Below are positions 1 to 12,700 of a DNA stretch of 64,000 nt, piece by piece. Under the pieces are notes generated by a model that was not told the DNA's origin, did not search any database, and saw only the letters and a list, made by a program, of their open reading frames with translations. Source of the stretch: Eledone cirrhosa. Taxonomy: Eukaryota. The stretch covers positions 411,680,001 to 411,744,000 of the forward strand of contig OZ024741.1 in assembly GCA_964016885.1 (NCBI GenBank), in the 5' to 3' direction. Within the stretch, counting starts at the first letter, position 1. Each line of letters starts with the position of its first letter. Made by a program: the position numbers and the translations under genes.

Positions 1-3000
1 GTAGACCGCTTCGAGGATATCAGAGAACAAGTCCGGCATTGCTACATATAGCTCGTATGGTAGACCATCGAGACCCGGGGATTTGCGTTTGCCGCATTGG
101 CTCAGTGCCACCCCTATCTCAGCAGCTGAAATCGTCCTTTCGCAGGACTTCGCCTCCGCATCCGAGAGGCGCGGCAGACCGTCGAGGTATGGATTGAAAT
201 CCATAGTCTCACCCGGCGCGCCGCCCCTCTCGAACAGTCGTGCAAAGTGCCGCTGAAAGGCCGCACACATCTGCCCAGGTTCAAGGATCACACGCCCATC
301 CTGGTCCTTCAAAGACCGAATCGTGGACTTGTTCCCACTTTTTGCCTCTGTCACTCGGGCCCAGCTCACAGCTTTGGCTCCCTCATTACCCAGAGCACGT
401 ATTTTACTCCTGACAACGCAGCCTTCATGCTTCACCTCAAAGAACTGGTCTAAGGCCATTCTTGATGCCAGCACGCCGGCTACATTGCCACTCCTACTCT
501 ATCTACTAATTCCCTTTCCGTCTTGTTCCTATCCTTTGCTAATTCCTGACTAAAACCTATCGATTCTATTCTAATTGCTCTCTTAAGAGAGCTCCACCAC
601 CTGTTGTTGACAATTGCCCCTGTCAAACTCTGCTTAACTAACGTGCTAATCCGTTTACTGTAAGCTTTGCTTCTCGGTAAGGACAAGTTCAGCTTCCAGT
701 AACCGGGTCCCTGTCTATGGGTTCTATCAAGGTTGGCTATGCAGGTCACTAACTTGTGATCCGAATAGTCAACCATGAACATTTTTGGACAGCTAAATGT
801 GTCCCTATCCTTCTCTCTAACTAGGACCCTATCTAGGTACGACCTAGATGTTCCGCTGCGATTGGTCCACGTCCATAGTGGTACAGTCGGAAAATCTAGT
901 CGATATCTATCGGCCAGGTCAAATCAGCCGATTAACCTTTTGAGGCTTTTACACCCCCCTCTATTGGCACATGCCTCTACATAGTCCCAACGTGCATCCA
1001 GGATACCATTCCAGTCCCCCACTAAAAGCAAGGAGCGGGACGTTCCCAGAAAAGTTTCCAGACGTTGGAAGTATTCCGGCCGCGCTGCCCAAAAAGGGGC
1101 GTACACAGCTATTAGTCTAAGGGCTCCACTTTCACTACTGCCGACGTCTAAAACCTTCAGTCGACCCTCCGGGTCCAGGTGCACCTTCTGTATGGCGAGG
1201 TCCAGGTGTTTTCGCAGCAGAACGACAACTCCACCCCCCGGTTGACAGAGAGATGCGAAGATCTCAAAGTCGTCGAAGAGGGGCGCCAGTTGGTGCTCGC
1301 TGCTGATCCTGGACTCACAAATAGCCATTACATCCATTCTATGCGACCTGAGATCGTTTAAAAGTTTGCCTTGTTTCCAAGACAGTCCCAGGCTGCGTAC
1401 ATTCAGACACCCAACTCTTATATCAGCCATGTTGGTTAAAAGAGGAAGGACCTACCTGTTCGGCTCCTGAGGAGCAGGTTGCACAATATCCATGGGCGTA
1501 TTGGAGGGGTTGTTTGGTGGGGTGTTGTTCTGTGGTGGAGTGGGGGTGTTTGGTGAGGTGTGAGTGGGGAAACGTTTCAAGAGGACGCGGTTATAGGGTC
1601 GAGTACATGTTTTCCCCACGTCCTCAGGAAAGTTCTCTCTTAGTTTTGCATAGGTGTCCATTGGGAGTCTTATCATTTTTAAATGCGGTTTGTTGACCGC
1701 GCTTGCAAAGAATTGCCCTTCAGTTTCCACCGAAGGGTCTTTGTGTATTGTTTTTACTAGTTCTTTGTTATTTGTGTTAATGTATGTATACTGTTTTATT
1801 TGTGTTGCGTTTGTTTGTTGTTCTTGTGTGTGCTTACGTTTTGTTGTATGTGTTATGTTTTGGGGTGGGGCGGATTTTGTTTGTTCTGTTTGTTTTGTTT
1901 TTGTTGGTGGTTGTGTGTTTGTTTCGTTTATGTTCGAGTGGTGCTTTCTTTTTTTCCTTTTTACAGGTTGGAAGGGTTCCCCCTCTTCGTCACTAGGTGC
2001 CGTTTCAGCTGGGTCCTCGTCCGTGCTGTCGGGTAGTGGTGTATTTTGGGGTTTTGTTGTATTTGTGTGTGTTTTTGGACTTGTTTTGGGTGGGGCCGTG
2101 TCTTGTGTTATTTTTCCGTGTTGTTTTTGTTGTTGTTGTGGTGGTGGTGGTGGTGGTGGTGGTAGTGGTGGTGGTGTGTGGGGTGTAGGCAAAAGAGCCT
2201 TTTATTTGTCAATTGAGGACAAGCAGCCCTTAGATGACCCCTGCTTGAACAGTAGTAACATATGGGCCTCCTACCCTCGGCTGAAATGTATATAAATGTT
2301 TCTCCATCGAGGGACACCCTCTGTGGTATTCTAGCTATTCGTTCTGGTCTCATTTGGACCAGAACCTCCACGCTCAAACCGCCGAAAACGTCTATGGTGA
2401 CTTCTCCTACTGAGAGGATTCCGTCCTCGTCTTCTAAAAATCCTGTTAGTACCCAGGAAATGCATGCATTTGGCCGGATTCCGGAGACCCTTATTTTCTG
2501 CATTCTTTTCCCTAAATATGTGGGGAAAAATGTATGTATCTTGGAAACAATTGGCGCCACAGAGTATTTCCTGGCCGTCAATTGATCCTTCATTAGGACC
2601 GTTATATTCCCATAGAGTGGCCCTTTTTGTATGAACGATATATCACTCCACACATTTTTTAGGACCAGCTCAATCTCTTTTGGGGATAATTGAGTTGGTT
2701 TCCTTGTTATGTTGGAAATTGTTCTGAAAGATATCGTTCTTAGCGTCATGTCTCTTTTGATTTCTTGTGGGGAGGTGATTGTGAAGTCTCCTCCTTCTTT
2801 GAAAGTTACATACTGTTTCGCTTCCTTCATCTTTTCTCTCAGAGTTGTAATGTCCATTTGCTTGCAGGTTTGTGTTTTCCGGACCGCCTGTGCAAAGGAG
2901 GCACCAGTAGTGGGTTCGCTTTGTTTGGTGTTATCGTTATTTTTTCCTTGGTTGGTGTTGTGACTATTGCTGTTATTGTCGTTGTTGTTTTTGTCTGCTT

Positions 3001-3390
3001 TTATGTGACTTTCTGGGTTTTCACCCATTTTTACAAATTTTTCTTTTAATTCCGTGTTCCATGTTTCTTTTGCAGAAGTGAAGAGGGAAGACTTAGAGCC
3101 TTGTGCTTCTAGCTTCTCTGTATCACCTTTCTTAGGGGGCGTGGCTTTCACGTTAGGATGAGATGTGAAAATTCCGTCCATTTCTATTTGTTTGCCGTAA
3201 TAAGTTTTTAACTGGAAAATTCGCCCCAAAAAGGGGCGAAAATAAATAAACTCAAAGTTTGATGACCAAGGCAAGGGGTTAACGTATATTACAGTATAAA
3301 AAATTAATCAAAACTCACTTTTGAGTAAGTAAATCCGACTCGGTAGCCGAGCTTGTTCACACACGTCAACACACGTCTCTCGTATACGAG
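1..3390 (-). mobile_element. Tx1/L1-clade non-LTR retrotransposon, 5' part (ORF1 plus APE endonuclease part of ORF2), decayed, runs off the left edge
   Basis: ORF 2108..3274 has a gag-like CCHC knuckle (CYYCSSRGHLRAAC) and continues frameshifted into Pro/Thr-rich 1452..2192. ORF2 starts at 1430 with APE motifs (LNVRSL, ICES, VYAP, VGDWN), then SDH and GPGYWKLN in 480..782, which is typical of L1/Tx1. ORF2 is broken by stops and frameshifts. Confidence 0.85.
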
Positions 3391-4049
3391 ATGTTATGTG
3401 AGATATTATGTGAGGTAAAGCCTTTACTGTGAAAATACGATAGTATATATAGAGTAATGTGAATGTTATGTGATATATTAAGTGAGGTAAAGCCTTTACT
3501 GTGAAAATACAATAGTATATATAGAGTAATGTAAATGTTATGTGAGATATTATGTGAGGTAAAGCCTTTACTGTGAAAATACAATAGTATATATAGAGTA
3601 ATGTGAATGTTATGTGATATATTATGTGAGGTAAAGCCTTTACTGTGAAAATACAATAGTATATATAGAGTAATGTAAATGTTATGTGAGATATTATGTG
3701 AGGTAAAGCCTTTACTGTGAAAATACAATAGTATATATAGAGTAATGTAAATGTTATGTGAGATATTATGTGAGGTAAAGCCTTTACTGTGAAAATACAA
3801 TAGTATATATAGAGTAATGTAAATGTTATGTGAGATATTATGTGAGGTAAAGCCTTTACTGTGAAAATACAATAGTATATATAGAGTAATGTAAATGTTA
3901 TGTGAGATATTATGTGAGGTAAAGCCTTTACTGTGAAAATACAATAGTATATATAGAGTAATGTGAATGTTATGTGATATATTATGTGAGGTAAAGCCTT
4001 TACTGTGAAAATACAATAGTATATATAGAGTAATGTGAATGTTAAAGGG
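3391..4049 (-). mobile_element. One end of a TTAA piggyBac-like MITE with internal 72-bp minisatellite (about 9 units), interrupted by the Tx1 LINE
   Basis: Ends in ...GAATGTTAAAGGG followed by TTAA at 4050-4053. This is the reverse complement of the left end of the complete element at 21123. The 72-bp unit is the same. Confidence 0.8.
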
Positions 4050-4077
4050 TTAAGAGGTTGTAGTGTATGTTAGTTAC

Positions 4078-4216
4078 CTTTGTCCGAAACTGTATAAAAA
4101 GCACATTCGGTATCACTACAACAATATACTTCCTCAGTTATGTGACTGTTAGACATAATTCTCGTCTTTAGTTCAGCTTGGATCTCCAACTCATCTCCTC
4201 CACTGAGGGACAGGCC
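4078..4216 (-). CDS. NAGK: N-acetyl-D-glucosamine kinase, coding exon 4
   Basis: AG acceptor and GTAAC donor, 139 bp. Encodes GLSLSGGDELEIQAELKTRIMSNSHITEEVYCCSDTECAFYTVSDK, matching the NAGK GLSLSGGD motif. Confidence 0.9.
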
Positions 4217-4265
4217 CTTGACAGAGAAAAAAAACAAAACAAATATCAATGACAAAATATAATAT

Positions 4266-4308
<43 letters not shown>

Positions 4309-4332
4309 CACAGACATATATATATATATGCA

Positions 4333-4638
4333 ATCGAAAGGTTGTGAGTTCAATTCTCAGACCGTGTGATGTGTTGTTTCCTTGAGCAAGACACTTTATT
4401 TCACATTGCTCCAGTTTACTCAGCTGTAGAAATGAGATGATAGGGACTGGGGTCCATATCATTCCACTGCAAAGTGGTCGTGGAGGTGCCACGGCAAAAA
4501 AGCACCCAGTACTCACTGTAAATGAGGTTGGTGTTAGGAAGGGCATCCAGCTGTAGAAATCAAGCCAGAATCAGTTCCCGTCCCACCCTTGCAAGCAGGG
4601 AAAAGTGGACGTTAATTGAAATGAAAATGAAATGATGG
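4333..4638 (+). mobile_element. tRNA-derived SINE with RTE-like 3' tail
   Basis: B-box-like GAGTTCAATTCTC, central CCTTGAGCAAGACACTTT. The 3' end resembles the RTE 3' UTR at 26305-26500. A near-identical inverted copy lies at 34920-35250. Confidence 0.7.
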
Positions 4639-4681
4639 TACCAGTGTTGTAAAGAAGAAAATATAAGTTGTAAAAACTTAC

Positions 4682-4780
4682 CAGTGACTTTAGCTTCAAA
4701 TCATGTTTTAAACCAGCTTTGTCTTTTATCTCAGAAATCATGGAATCAATTCGTTTTAGACATTCATCAAGACCAATGAG
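4682..4780 (-). CDS. NAGK: N-acetyl-D-glucosamine kinase, coding exon 3
   Basis: CAG acceptor and GTAAG donor, 99 bp. Encodes LIGLDECLKRIDSMISEIKDKAGLKHDLKLKSL, compared with vertebrate LIGTDKCVERINEMV...PLRSL. Confidence 0.9.
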
Positions 4781-4882
4781 CTGTTGAAGGAAAGAATATG
4801 AGAAAGAATCTAGTTTATGTTTCCAGTTTAACCTTTTCATGGCTGTATTTCTAATTAAATATAATCTATTTCATTTAATTAA

Positions 4883-5072
4883 TTGTTTCTACTTTTGGCA
4901 CAAGGCCAGCAATTACCCAGTGCATTACTGGTACTTTATTTTATCGACCCCCGTAAGGATGAAAGGCAAAGTTAACCTCGGCGGGATTTGAACTCAGAAT
5001 GGCAAGGGCCGTAACTCTATGCGTCAAAGCATGGCGTTCGACCCTCTACCGATACTGCCAATCCATCGCCCT
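4883..5072 (-). mobile_element. tRNA-derived SINE (abundant family)
   Basis: Minus strand has an A-box-like TGGCAGTATCGG and B box GAGTTCAAATCC, then TTTGCCTTTCATCC...AAGTACCAGT. Many copies occur in the window. Confidence 0.75.
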
Positions 5073-5739
5073 TTATTCATTACTAAGTAACTCAATGTAA
5101 AGTTCTTATATAAAATTATGCTGGAAATTTTTTATTTTAATTGGAAACCTTTTTCTTAGAACCAGTTTTGGCCGGGTTGGTAACACAATAGTTAGGATAA
5201 CCCTATCTTTGCACATTTTAAGAGACAAGTAAAATGGGCTAGCACCAAGAAGGGCATCTGGTCTTAAAGAATTGCTTCAAAAAGGGCTCCAAGATGAATA
5301 TAAAGTTTGTCATGATATGAAGGTACATGACCTAGGAGGTTAACATTTAAAGCTCACAATTACAAGGTCATAGGCTTTATTCCTGGACTAGATGGTCTTC
5401 TTGTGTTTGTCAGCATAGCACCTCATTTTACATTGCTTTTCACGATAAGACTGGAGTCCCTATCATTAGAACACTTGAGAAATATCTTATAAATATAAAA
5501 CCTTGTTGAAAGTCAGCTAAATCTACATAGGTATGAGCTGTAAATTTAATTCATTTTTCATTTCATGAAACCTCACATGGGGCGTGTACAGCTTACCCCT
5601 GTTGCAACAAAGAAAATAGCAGAGAGTGAAATGACAAAGGAGCTGGGGAGAGATAGTGGGAGACAAATATGTGCTCAGTTGAGCGCAGGATCATATGTAA
5701 ACAAGATGCTTGAACCGAGCTTTAAATAGACATAACTAT

Positions 5740-6545
5740 GTACTCTGTAGAGCACAGGATGATGACCCCAGCATTGAACAGACCTAGATATGAACTCTGT
5801 TGAGCACAGGATGATGACCCCAGCATTGAACTGACCTAGATATGAACTCTGTTGAGCACAGGATGATGACCCCAGCATTGAACAGACCTAGATATGAACT
5901 CTGTTGAGCACAGGATGATGACCCCAGCATTGAACTGACCTAGATATGAACTCTGTTTAGCACAGGATGATGACCCCAGCATTGAACTGACCTAGATATG
6001 AACTCTGTTGAGCACAGGATGATGGCCCCAGCATTGAACAGACCTAGATATGAACTCTGTTGAGCACAGGATGATGACCCCAGCATTGAACTGACCTAGA
6101 TATGAACTCTGTTGAGCACAGGATGATGACCCCAGCATTGAACAGACCTAGATATGAACTCTGTTGAGCACAGGATGATGACCCCAGCATTGAACTGACC
6201 TAGATATGAACTCTGTTGAGCACAGGATGATGACCCCAGCATTGAACAGACCTAGATATGAACTCTGTTGAGCACAGGATGATGACCCCAGCATTGAACT
6301 GACCTAGATATGAACTCTGTTTAGCACAGGATGATGACCCCAGCATTGAACTGACCTAGATATGAACTCTGTTGAGCACAGCCTGATGACCCCAGCATTG
6401 AACTGACCTAGATATGAACTCTGTTTAGCACAGGATGATGACCCCAGCATTGAACTGACCTAGATATGAACTCTGTTGAGCACAGGATGATGACCCCAGC
6501 ATTGAACTGACCTAGATATGAACTCTGTTTAGCATAGGATGATAT
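5740..6545. repeat. 52-bp minisatellite, about 15 copies
   Basis: Unit AGCACAGGATGATGACCCCAGCATTGAACTGACCTAGATATGAACTCTGTTG, with diverged units on both flanks. Confidence 0.95.
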
Positions 6546-6723
6546 GTAGACAAGATACATGCCTCAGGTTTAGATGTACATCGATATGTGCTCAGTCATG
6601 TGCAGGATCATATGTAAATGAGATGGATGACCCTGGATTATCTGAGAGGTCAGTAGTTCCACTTGAACATTTATGATGAGGTTATAATGGTGGTGATGAT
6701 AAAGTATTGACCAGTATACATAC

Positions 6724-6808
6724 GTATTGATTTGTGCCAGGTCCGTCTGTTTCTGCTAAGATTTTTCCATCCATATCAAGTAATATTGCCTTAGACTGAG
6801 TTGCACCA
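6724..6808 (-). CDS. NAGK: N-acetyl-D-glucosamine kinase, coding exon 2
   Basis: CAG acceptor and GTATG donor, 85 bp. Encodes (G)GATQSKAILLDMDGKILAETDGPGTNQY and completes the phosphate-1 motif GIEGGAT with exon 1. Confidence 0.92.
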
Positions 6809-6929
6809 CTGAAGGACAGGAATAGCGAACAATAACTTTTGTTAAAAACAATAATTGTTTGTTATATAGAAGCTATGCAATATGGAGGCTGCAGCCTGAT
6901 GTCTGTCGTACCCCATACCAGTGGCTGGT

Positions 6930-7212
6930 ATGGGTGGGTGAGTGAGTGGTTAGTTGGTGAGTGGGTGAGTGGTTGGTGAGTGGGTGAGTGGTTGGTTTGT
7001 TGGTGAGTGGTGGGTGTGTGGGTGAGTGGTGGGTGTGTGGGTGAGTGGTTGGTGGATGGGTGGGTGAGTGCTTGGTGGGTGGGTGAGTGAGTGGGTCAGT
7101 GGTTGGTGTGTGGGTGAGTTGGTGTGTGGTTGAGTGGTTGGTGGGTGGGTGAGTTAGTGGGTCAGTGGCTGGTGTATGGGTCTGTGGTTGGTGTGTGGGT
7201 CAGTGGTTGGTT
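6930..7212. repeat. G/T-rich low-complexity tract (GGTGAGT / GGTT)
   Basis: Directly visible degenerate short repeats. Confidence 0.85.
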
Positions 7213-7389
7213 TAACTGTAAATAGATGGTGTTTGAGGTCAAGTTTAGGAGTTTGATTTCCACCTTGTGGCTTAGGTTCGAGGTTGGCTTTGATTAGGGC
7301 CTATTGCTGGCCCTACCACCAACAACCAGTTATCGTCTCTTTATCTGGTTGCCTGATATAAACAAGAGAGAGAGAAAGAGGAACTCAAT

Positions 7390-7660
7390 GGAACCTACTC
7401 TTTGTAGCAGTGGAGACTTCTGGTGTCCTTAACCCTAGGACCACCTCCCTACCCACTACCATCACTGGAGACTTCTGGTGTCCTTGGCCCTGGGACCACC
7501 TCCCTTCTCACCACCATCGGCACGGAGTTGACTACCCACAGGGGTGAGCCTCGTGAGCTGGAATGGCTCTTCCAACACATCTCCCTCACTATCCTCTGGA
7601 GAAACACCTTCACTATTCTGTCCACTGGAGCCGCCAGAGTGCGGGCCTCCACTTGCTTAT
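7390..7660 (+). mobile_element. Old fragment of a CRE-like retrotransposon C-terminus
   Basis: Translates to VETSGVLGP...ELEWLFQHISLTILWRN, resembling FETFEGVG...ARLFQRISLAITRGN in 14381..14929. Confidence 0.5.
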
Positions 7661-7675
7661 AATAGTGATAGATTG

Positions 7676-7711
<36 letters not shown>

Positions 7712-7712
7712 T

Positions 7713-7793
<81 letters not shown>
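7676..7793. repeat. (GA)n microsatellite
   Basis: Directly visible. Confidence 0.97.
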
Positions 7794-7794
<1 letters not shown>

Positions 7795-8528
7795 CAATGA
7801 CAATGGGAATTTGATTCTTTTATGTTCAGTCCTTATTAGGATTTTTTTTGTTTCGGTGTAAGTGTAGATGCGCACACACACACACTCTCTCTCACACACA
7901 GAGAGTTAAAGAACTAATTAATATAAACAATATTTTCGTATCCTTCGTATAATTTCCGATACGAGAGATCCTCTAATGTAGTCGCCTTAAATATTAGAAA
8001 CACTAGCTGATATTCCACCCAGTTTAGAAATAGGACACATTGGATAATGTGGTCCTAGGTATACTTTGCCTAAGAGAGAGGGAGATGGAGTGGGGTTGTG
8101 GATATGCTGGGATGCCTTTAATCATATAAGTCTGTTCAATCGGTACGTGAGAAACTTATTAAGATTCAGGATGAAAAGAAAGAGGTGAACCTATTTCACC
8201 ATACACCGCTTTTATTATACAAGTTAATTGTTTTGGCTGCTGTTTCTAGCATTGGTACATAGTCACAAGTGGCGGGGAACAATGAATTAAATCGATTATA
8301 ATATTTGGTCGATATTTATTTTATCGATCTATGAGAGATAACGAACAACATTCATCTCAGTTGAGTTTATTGTACAGAAACTAACGGGAATAGCTTTGAT
8401 GACAGATCTGGTCAGGACTGACCTGAGGTTAAACAAACTTTAAAATATGAGATTGACGGAGTGTTTCTACTTATTTTTCATAGTTTTTTTTTTTTTTTTC
8501 GTGTGATATTAATTAAACTTATCTCGGA

Positions 8529-8990
8529 ATATGCTGCCAAAAACCCACCCCTCCTGGAAAACGGAGAGGGGGGACCCTCGGGTTTTTCACCTCCTCCCCG
8601 GAGTTTTCTGTACCATTTTTTCCCCTATGTGTGTGTTATAACAAATAGGACCTCCAAACCCTTCAGAAACGACTCACCTTCTAGAAAAAATGATCGGGAA
8701 TGAGGAGAAAGGCCTTCAGTTTCGCAGATCTACACACCCCTCTCGTGTTTGGTGGGAAATGATTGTTTTTTTTTTCTTAGTTTTTTCGCATGTTATCGAC
8801 GAATCTGACCCCCAAACATATTAACCCTAACCCCTAAACCAAACTTAAACATAATCCTAGATAAAATACGAATAATATAACACTAACAATAAGAAAAAGT
8901 GGTAAAGAAAATTCCGGAGGAGGGGTGAAAAGTCCGAGGGTTCCTCTCTCTCTTCTCAGTTTTCCGAGGGGAAGGTCTTTTGCAGTATAT
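8529..8990. mobile_element. Diverged MITE-like element with about 90-bp imperfect terminal inverted repeats
   Basis: ATATGCTGCCAAAAACCCACCCCTCCTGGAAAACGGAG at the left end pairs with CTCAGTTTTCCGAGGGGAAGGTCTTTTGCAGTATAT at the right end, and pairing continues inward. Confidence 0.55.
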
Positions 8991-9091
8991 CAATCACAGA
9001 GAAAAAATAGGAAAAATAATTATTTCCCACTGAAATAAATGGGGATGTTCTATAATAAAACTACAGAATATTATATCTTTAGGTTAAACTA

Positions 9092-9219
9092 TTGCCCTTG
9101 CCATTCTGAGTTCAAATCCCTTCGAGGTTAACTTTGCCTTTCATCTTTACGGGGTCAATAAAATAAAGTACCAGTAACGTACTGAGTAATTGCTGGCTTT
9201 GTGCCAAAAGTAGAAACAT
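9092..9219 (+). mobile_element. 5'-truncated tRNA SINE with 21-bp target-site duplication
   Basis: TTATATCTTTAGGTTAAACTA occurs at 9071-9091 and 9220-9240, flanking SINE sequence. Confidence 0.8.
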
Positions 9220-9234
9220 TTATATCTTTAGGTT

Positions 9235-12200
9235 AAACTACAGAATATTATATCTCCTTTACATCAAACCACAGAATAATATATCTCCTTTACATCAAAC
9301 CACAGAATATATCTCCTTTACATCAAACCACAGAATATATCTCCTTTACATCAAACGACAGAATAATATATCTCCTTTACATCAAACCACAGAATATTAT
9401 ATCTCCTTTACATCAAACCACAGAATATTATATCTCCTTTACATCAAACCACAGAATAATATATCTCCTTTACATCAAACCACAGAATAATATATCTCCT
9501 TTACATCAAACCACAGAATATTATATCTCCTTTACATCAAACCACAGAATAATATATCTCCTTTACATCAAACCACAGAATATTATATCTCCTTTACATC
9601 AAACCACAGAATATTATATCTCCTTTACATCAAACCACAGAATAATATATCTCCTTTACATCAAACCACAGAATAATATATCTCCTTTACATCAAACCAC
9701 AGAATATTATATCTCCTTTACATCAAACCACAGAATATTATATCTCCTTTACATCAAACCACAGAATATTATATCTCCTTTACATCAAACCACAGAATAT
9801 TATATCTCCTTTACATCAAACCACAGAATAATATATCTCCTTTACATCAAACCACAGAATAATATATCTCCTTTACATCAAACCACAGAATAATATATCT
9901 CCTTTACATCAAACCACAGAATATATCTCCTTTACATCAAACCACAGAATATTATATCTCCTTTACATCAAACCACAGAATAATATATCTCCTTTACATC
10001 AAACCACAGAATAATATATCTCCTTTACATCAAACCACAGAATATATCTCCTTTACATCAAACCACAGAATATTATATCTCCTTTACATCAAACCACAGA
10101 ATATATCTCCTTTACATCAAACCACAGAATATATCTCCTTTACATCAAACCACAGAATAATATATCTCCTTTACATCAAACCACAGAATATTATATCTCC
10201 TTTACATCAAACCACAGAATAATATATCTCCTTTACATCAAACCACAGAATATATCTCCTTTACATCAAACCACAGAATAATATATCTCCTTTACATCAA
10301 ACCACAGAATAATATATCTCCTTTACATCAAGCCACAGAATATTATATCTCCTTTACATCAAACCACAGAATAATATATCTCCTTTACATCAAACCACAG
10401 AATATATCTCCTTTACATCAAACCACAGAATAATATATCTCCTTTACATCAAACCACAGAATATATCTCCTTTACATCAAACCACAGAATATATCTCCTT
10501 TACATCAAACCACAGAATAATATATCTCCTTTACATCAAACCACAGAATAATATATCTCCTTTACATCAAACCACAGAATATATCTCCTTTACATCAAAC
10601 CACAGAATATATCTCCTTTACATCAAACCACAGAATAATATATCTCCTTTACATCAAACCACAGAATATATCTCCTTTACATCAAACCACAGAATATATC
10701 TCCTTTACATCAAACCACAGAATAATATATCTCCTTTACATCAAACCACAGAATATTATATCTCCTTTACATCAAACCACAGAATAATATATCTCCTTTA
10801 CATCAAACCACAGAATATATCTCCTTTACATCAAACCACAGAATAATATATCTCCTTTACATCAAACCACAGAATATTATATCTCCTTTACATCAAACCA
10901 CAGAATAATATATCTCCTTTACATCAAGCCACAGAATATTATATCTCCTTTACATCAAACCACAGAATATTATATCTCCTTTACATCAAACCACAGAATA
11001 ATATATCTCCTTTACATCAAACCACAGAATAATATATCTCCTTTACATCAAACCACAGAATAATATATCTCCTTTACATCAAACCACAGAATATTATATC
11101 TCCTTTACATCAAACCACAGAATATTATATCTCCTTTACATCAAACCACAGAATAATATATCTCCTTTACATCAAACCACAGAATATATCTCCTTTACAT
11201 CAAACCACAGAATAATATATCTCCTTTACATCAAACCACAGAATATTATATCTCCTTTACATCAAACCACAGAATAATATATCTCCTTTACATCAAGCCA
11301 CAGAATATTATATCTCCTTTACATCAAACCACAGAATAATATATCTCCTTTACATCAAACCACAGAATATATCTCCTTTACATCAAACCACAGAATAATA
11401 TATCTCCTTTACATCAAACCACAGAATATATCTCCTTTACATCAAACCACAGAATATATCTCCTTTACATCAAACCACAGAATAATATATCTCCTTTACA
11501 TCAAACCACAGAATATATCTCCTTTACATCAAACCACAGAATATATCTCCTTTACATCAAACCACAGAATATATCTCCTTTACATCAAACCACAGAATAA
11601 TATATCTCCTTTACATCAAACCACAGAATATATCTCCTTTACATCAAACCACAGAATATATCTCCTTTACATCAAACCACAGAATATATCTCCTTTACAT
11701 CAAACCACAGAATAATATATCTCCTTTACATCAAACCACAGAATATATCTCCTTTACATCAAACCACAGAATAATATATCTCCTTTACATCAAACCACAG
11801 AATATTATATCTCCTTTACATCAAACCACAGAATAATATATCTCCTTTACATCAAACCACAGAATATATCTCCTTTACATCAAACCACAGAATAATATAT
11901 CTCCTTTACATCAAACCACAGAATAATATATCTCCTTTACATCAAGCCACAGAATATTATATCTCCTTTACATCAAACCACAGAATAATATATCTCCTTT
12001 ACATCAAACCACAGAATATATCTCCTTTACATCAAACCACAGAATAATATATCTCCTTTACATCAAACCACAGAATATATCTCCTTTACATCAAACCACA
12101 GAATATATCTCCTTTACATCAAACCACAGAATATATCTCCTTTACATCAAACCACAGAATAATATATCTCCTTTACATCAAACCACAGAATATATCTCCT

Positions 12201-12700
12201 TTACATCAAACCACAGAATATATCTCCTTTACATCAAACCACAGAATATATCTCCTTTACATCAAACCACAGAATAATATATCTCCTTTACATCAAACCA
12301 CAGAATATTATATCTCCTTTACATCAAACCACAGAATATATCTCCTTTACATCAAACCACAGAATAATATATCTCCTTTACATCAAACCACAGAATATTA
12401 TATCTCCTTTACATCAAACCACAGAATAATATATCTCCTTTACATCAAACCACAGAATAATATATCTCCTTTACATCAAACCACAGAATAATATATCTCC
12501 TTTACATCAAACCACAGAATATATCTCCTTTACATCAAACCACAGAATATTATATCTCCTTTACATCAAACCACAGAATAATATATCTCCTTTACATCAA
12601 ACCACAGAATATATCTCCTTTACATCAAACCACAGAATAATATATCTCCTTTACATCAAACCACAGAATAATATATCTCCTTTACATCAAACCACAACAT
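9235..12700. repeat. 31/28-bp minisatellite, more than 110 copies, in NAGK intron 1
   Basis: Unit TATCTCCTTTACATCAAACCACAGAATA(ATA/TTA/-). Confidence 0.97.

Noticed and set aside
1654-2295. Hydrophobic Cys/Val/Phe-rich plus-strand ORFs
   Set aside because: Antisense shadows of the A/C-rich LINE ORF1.
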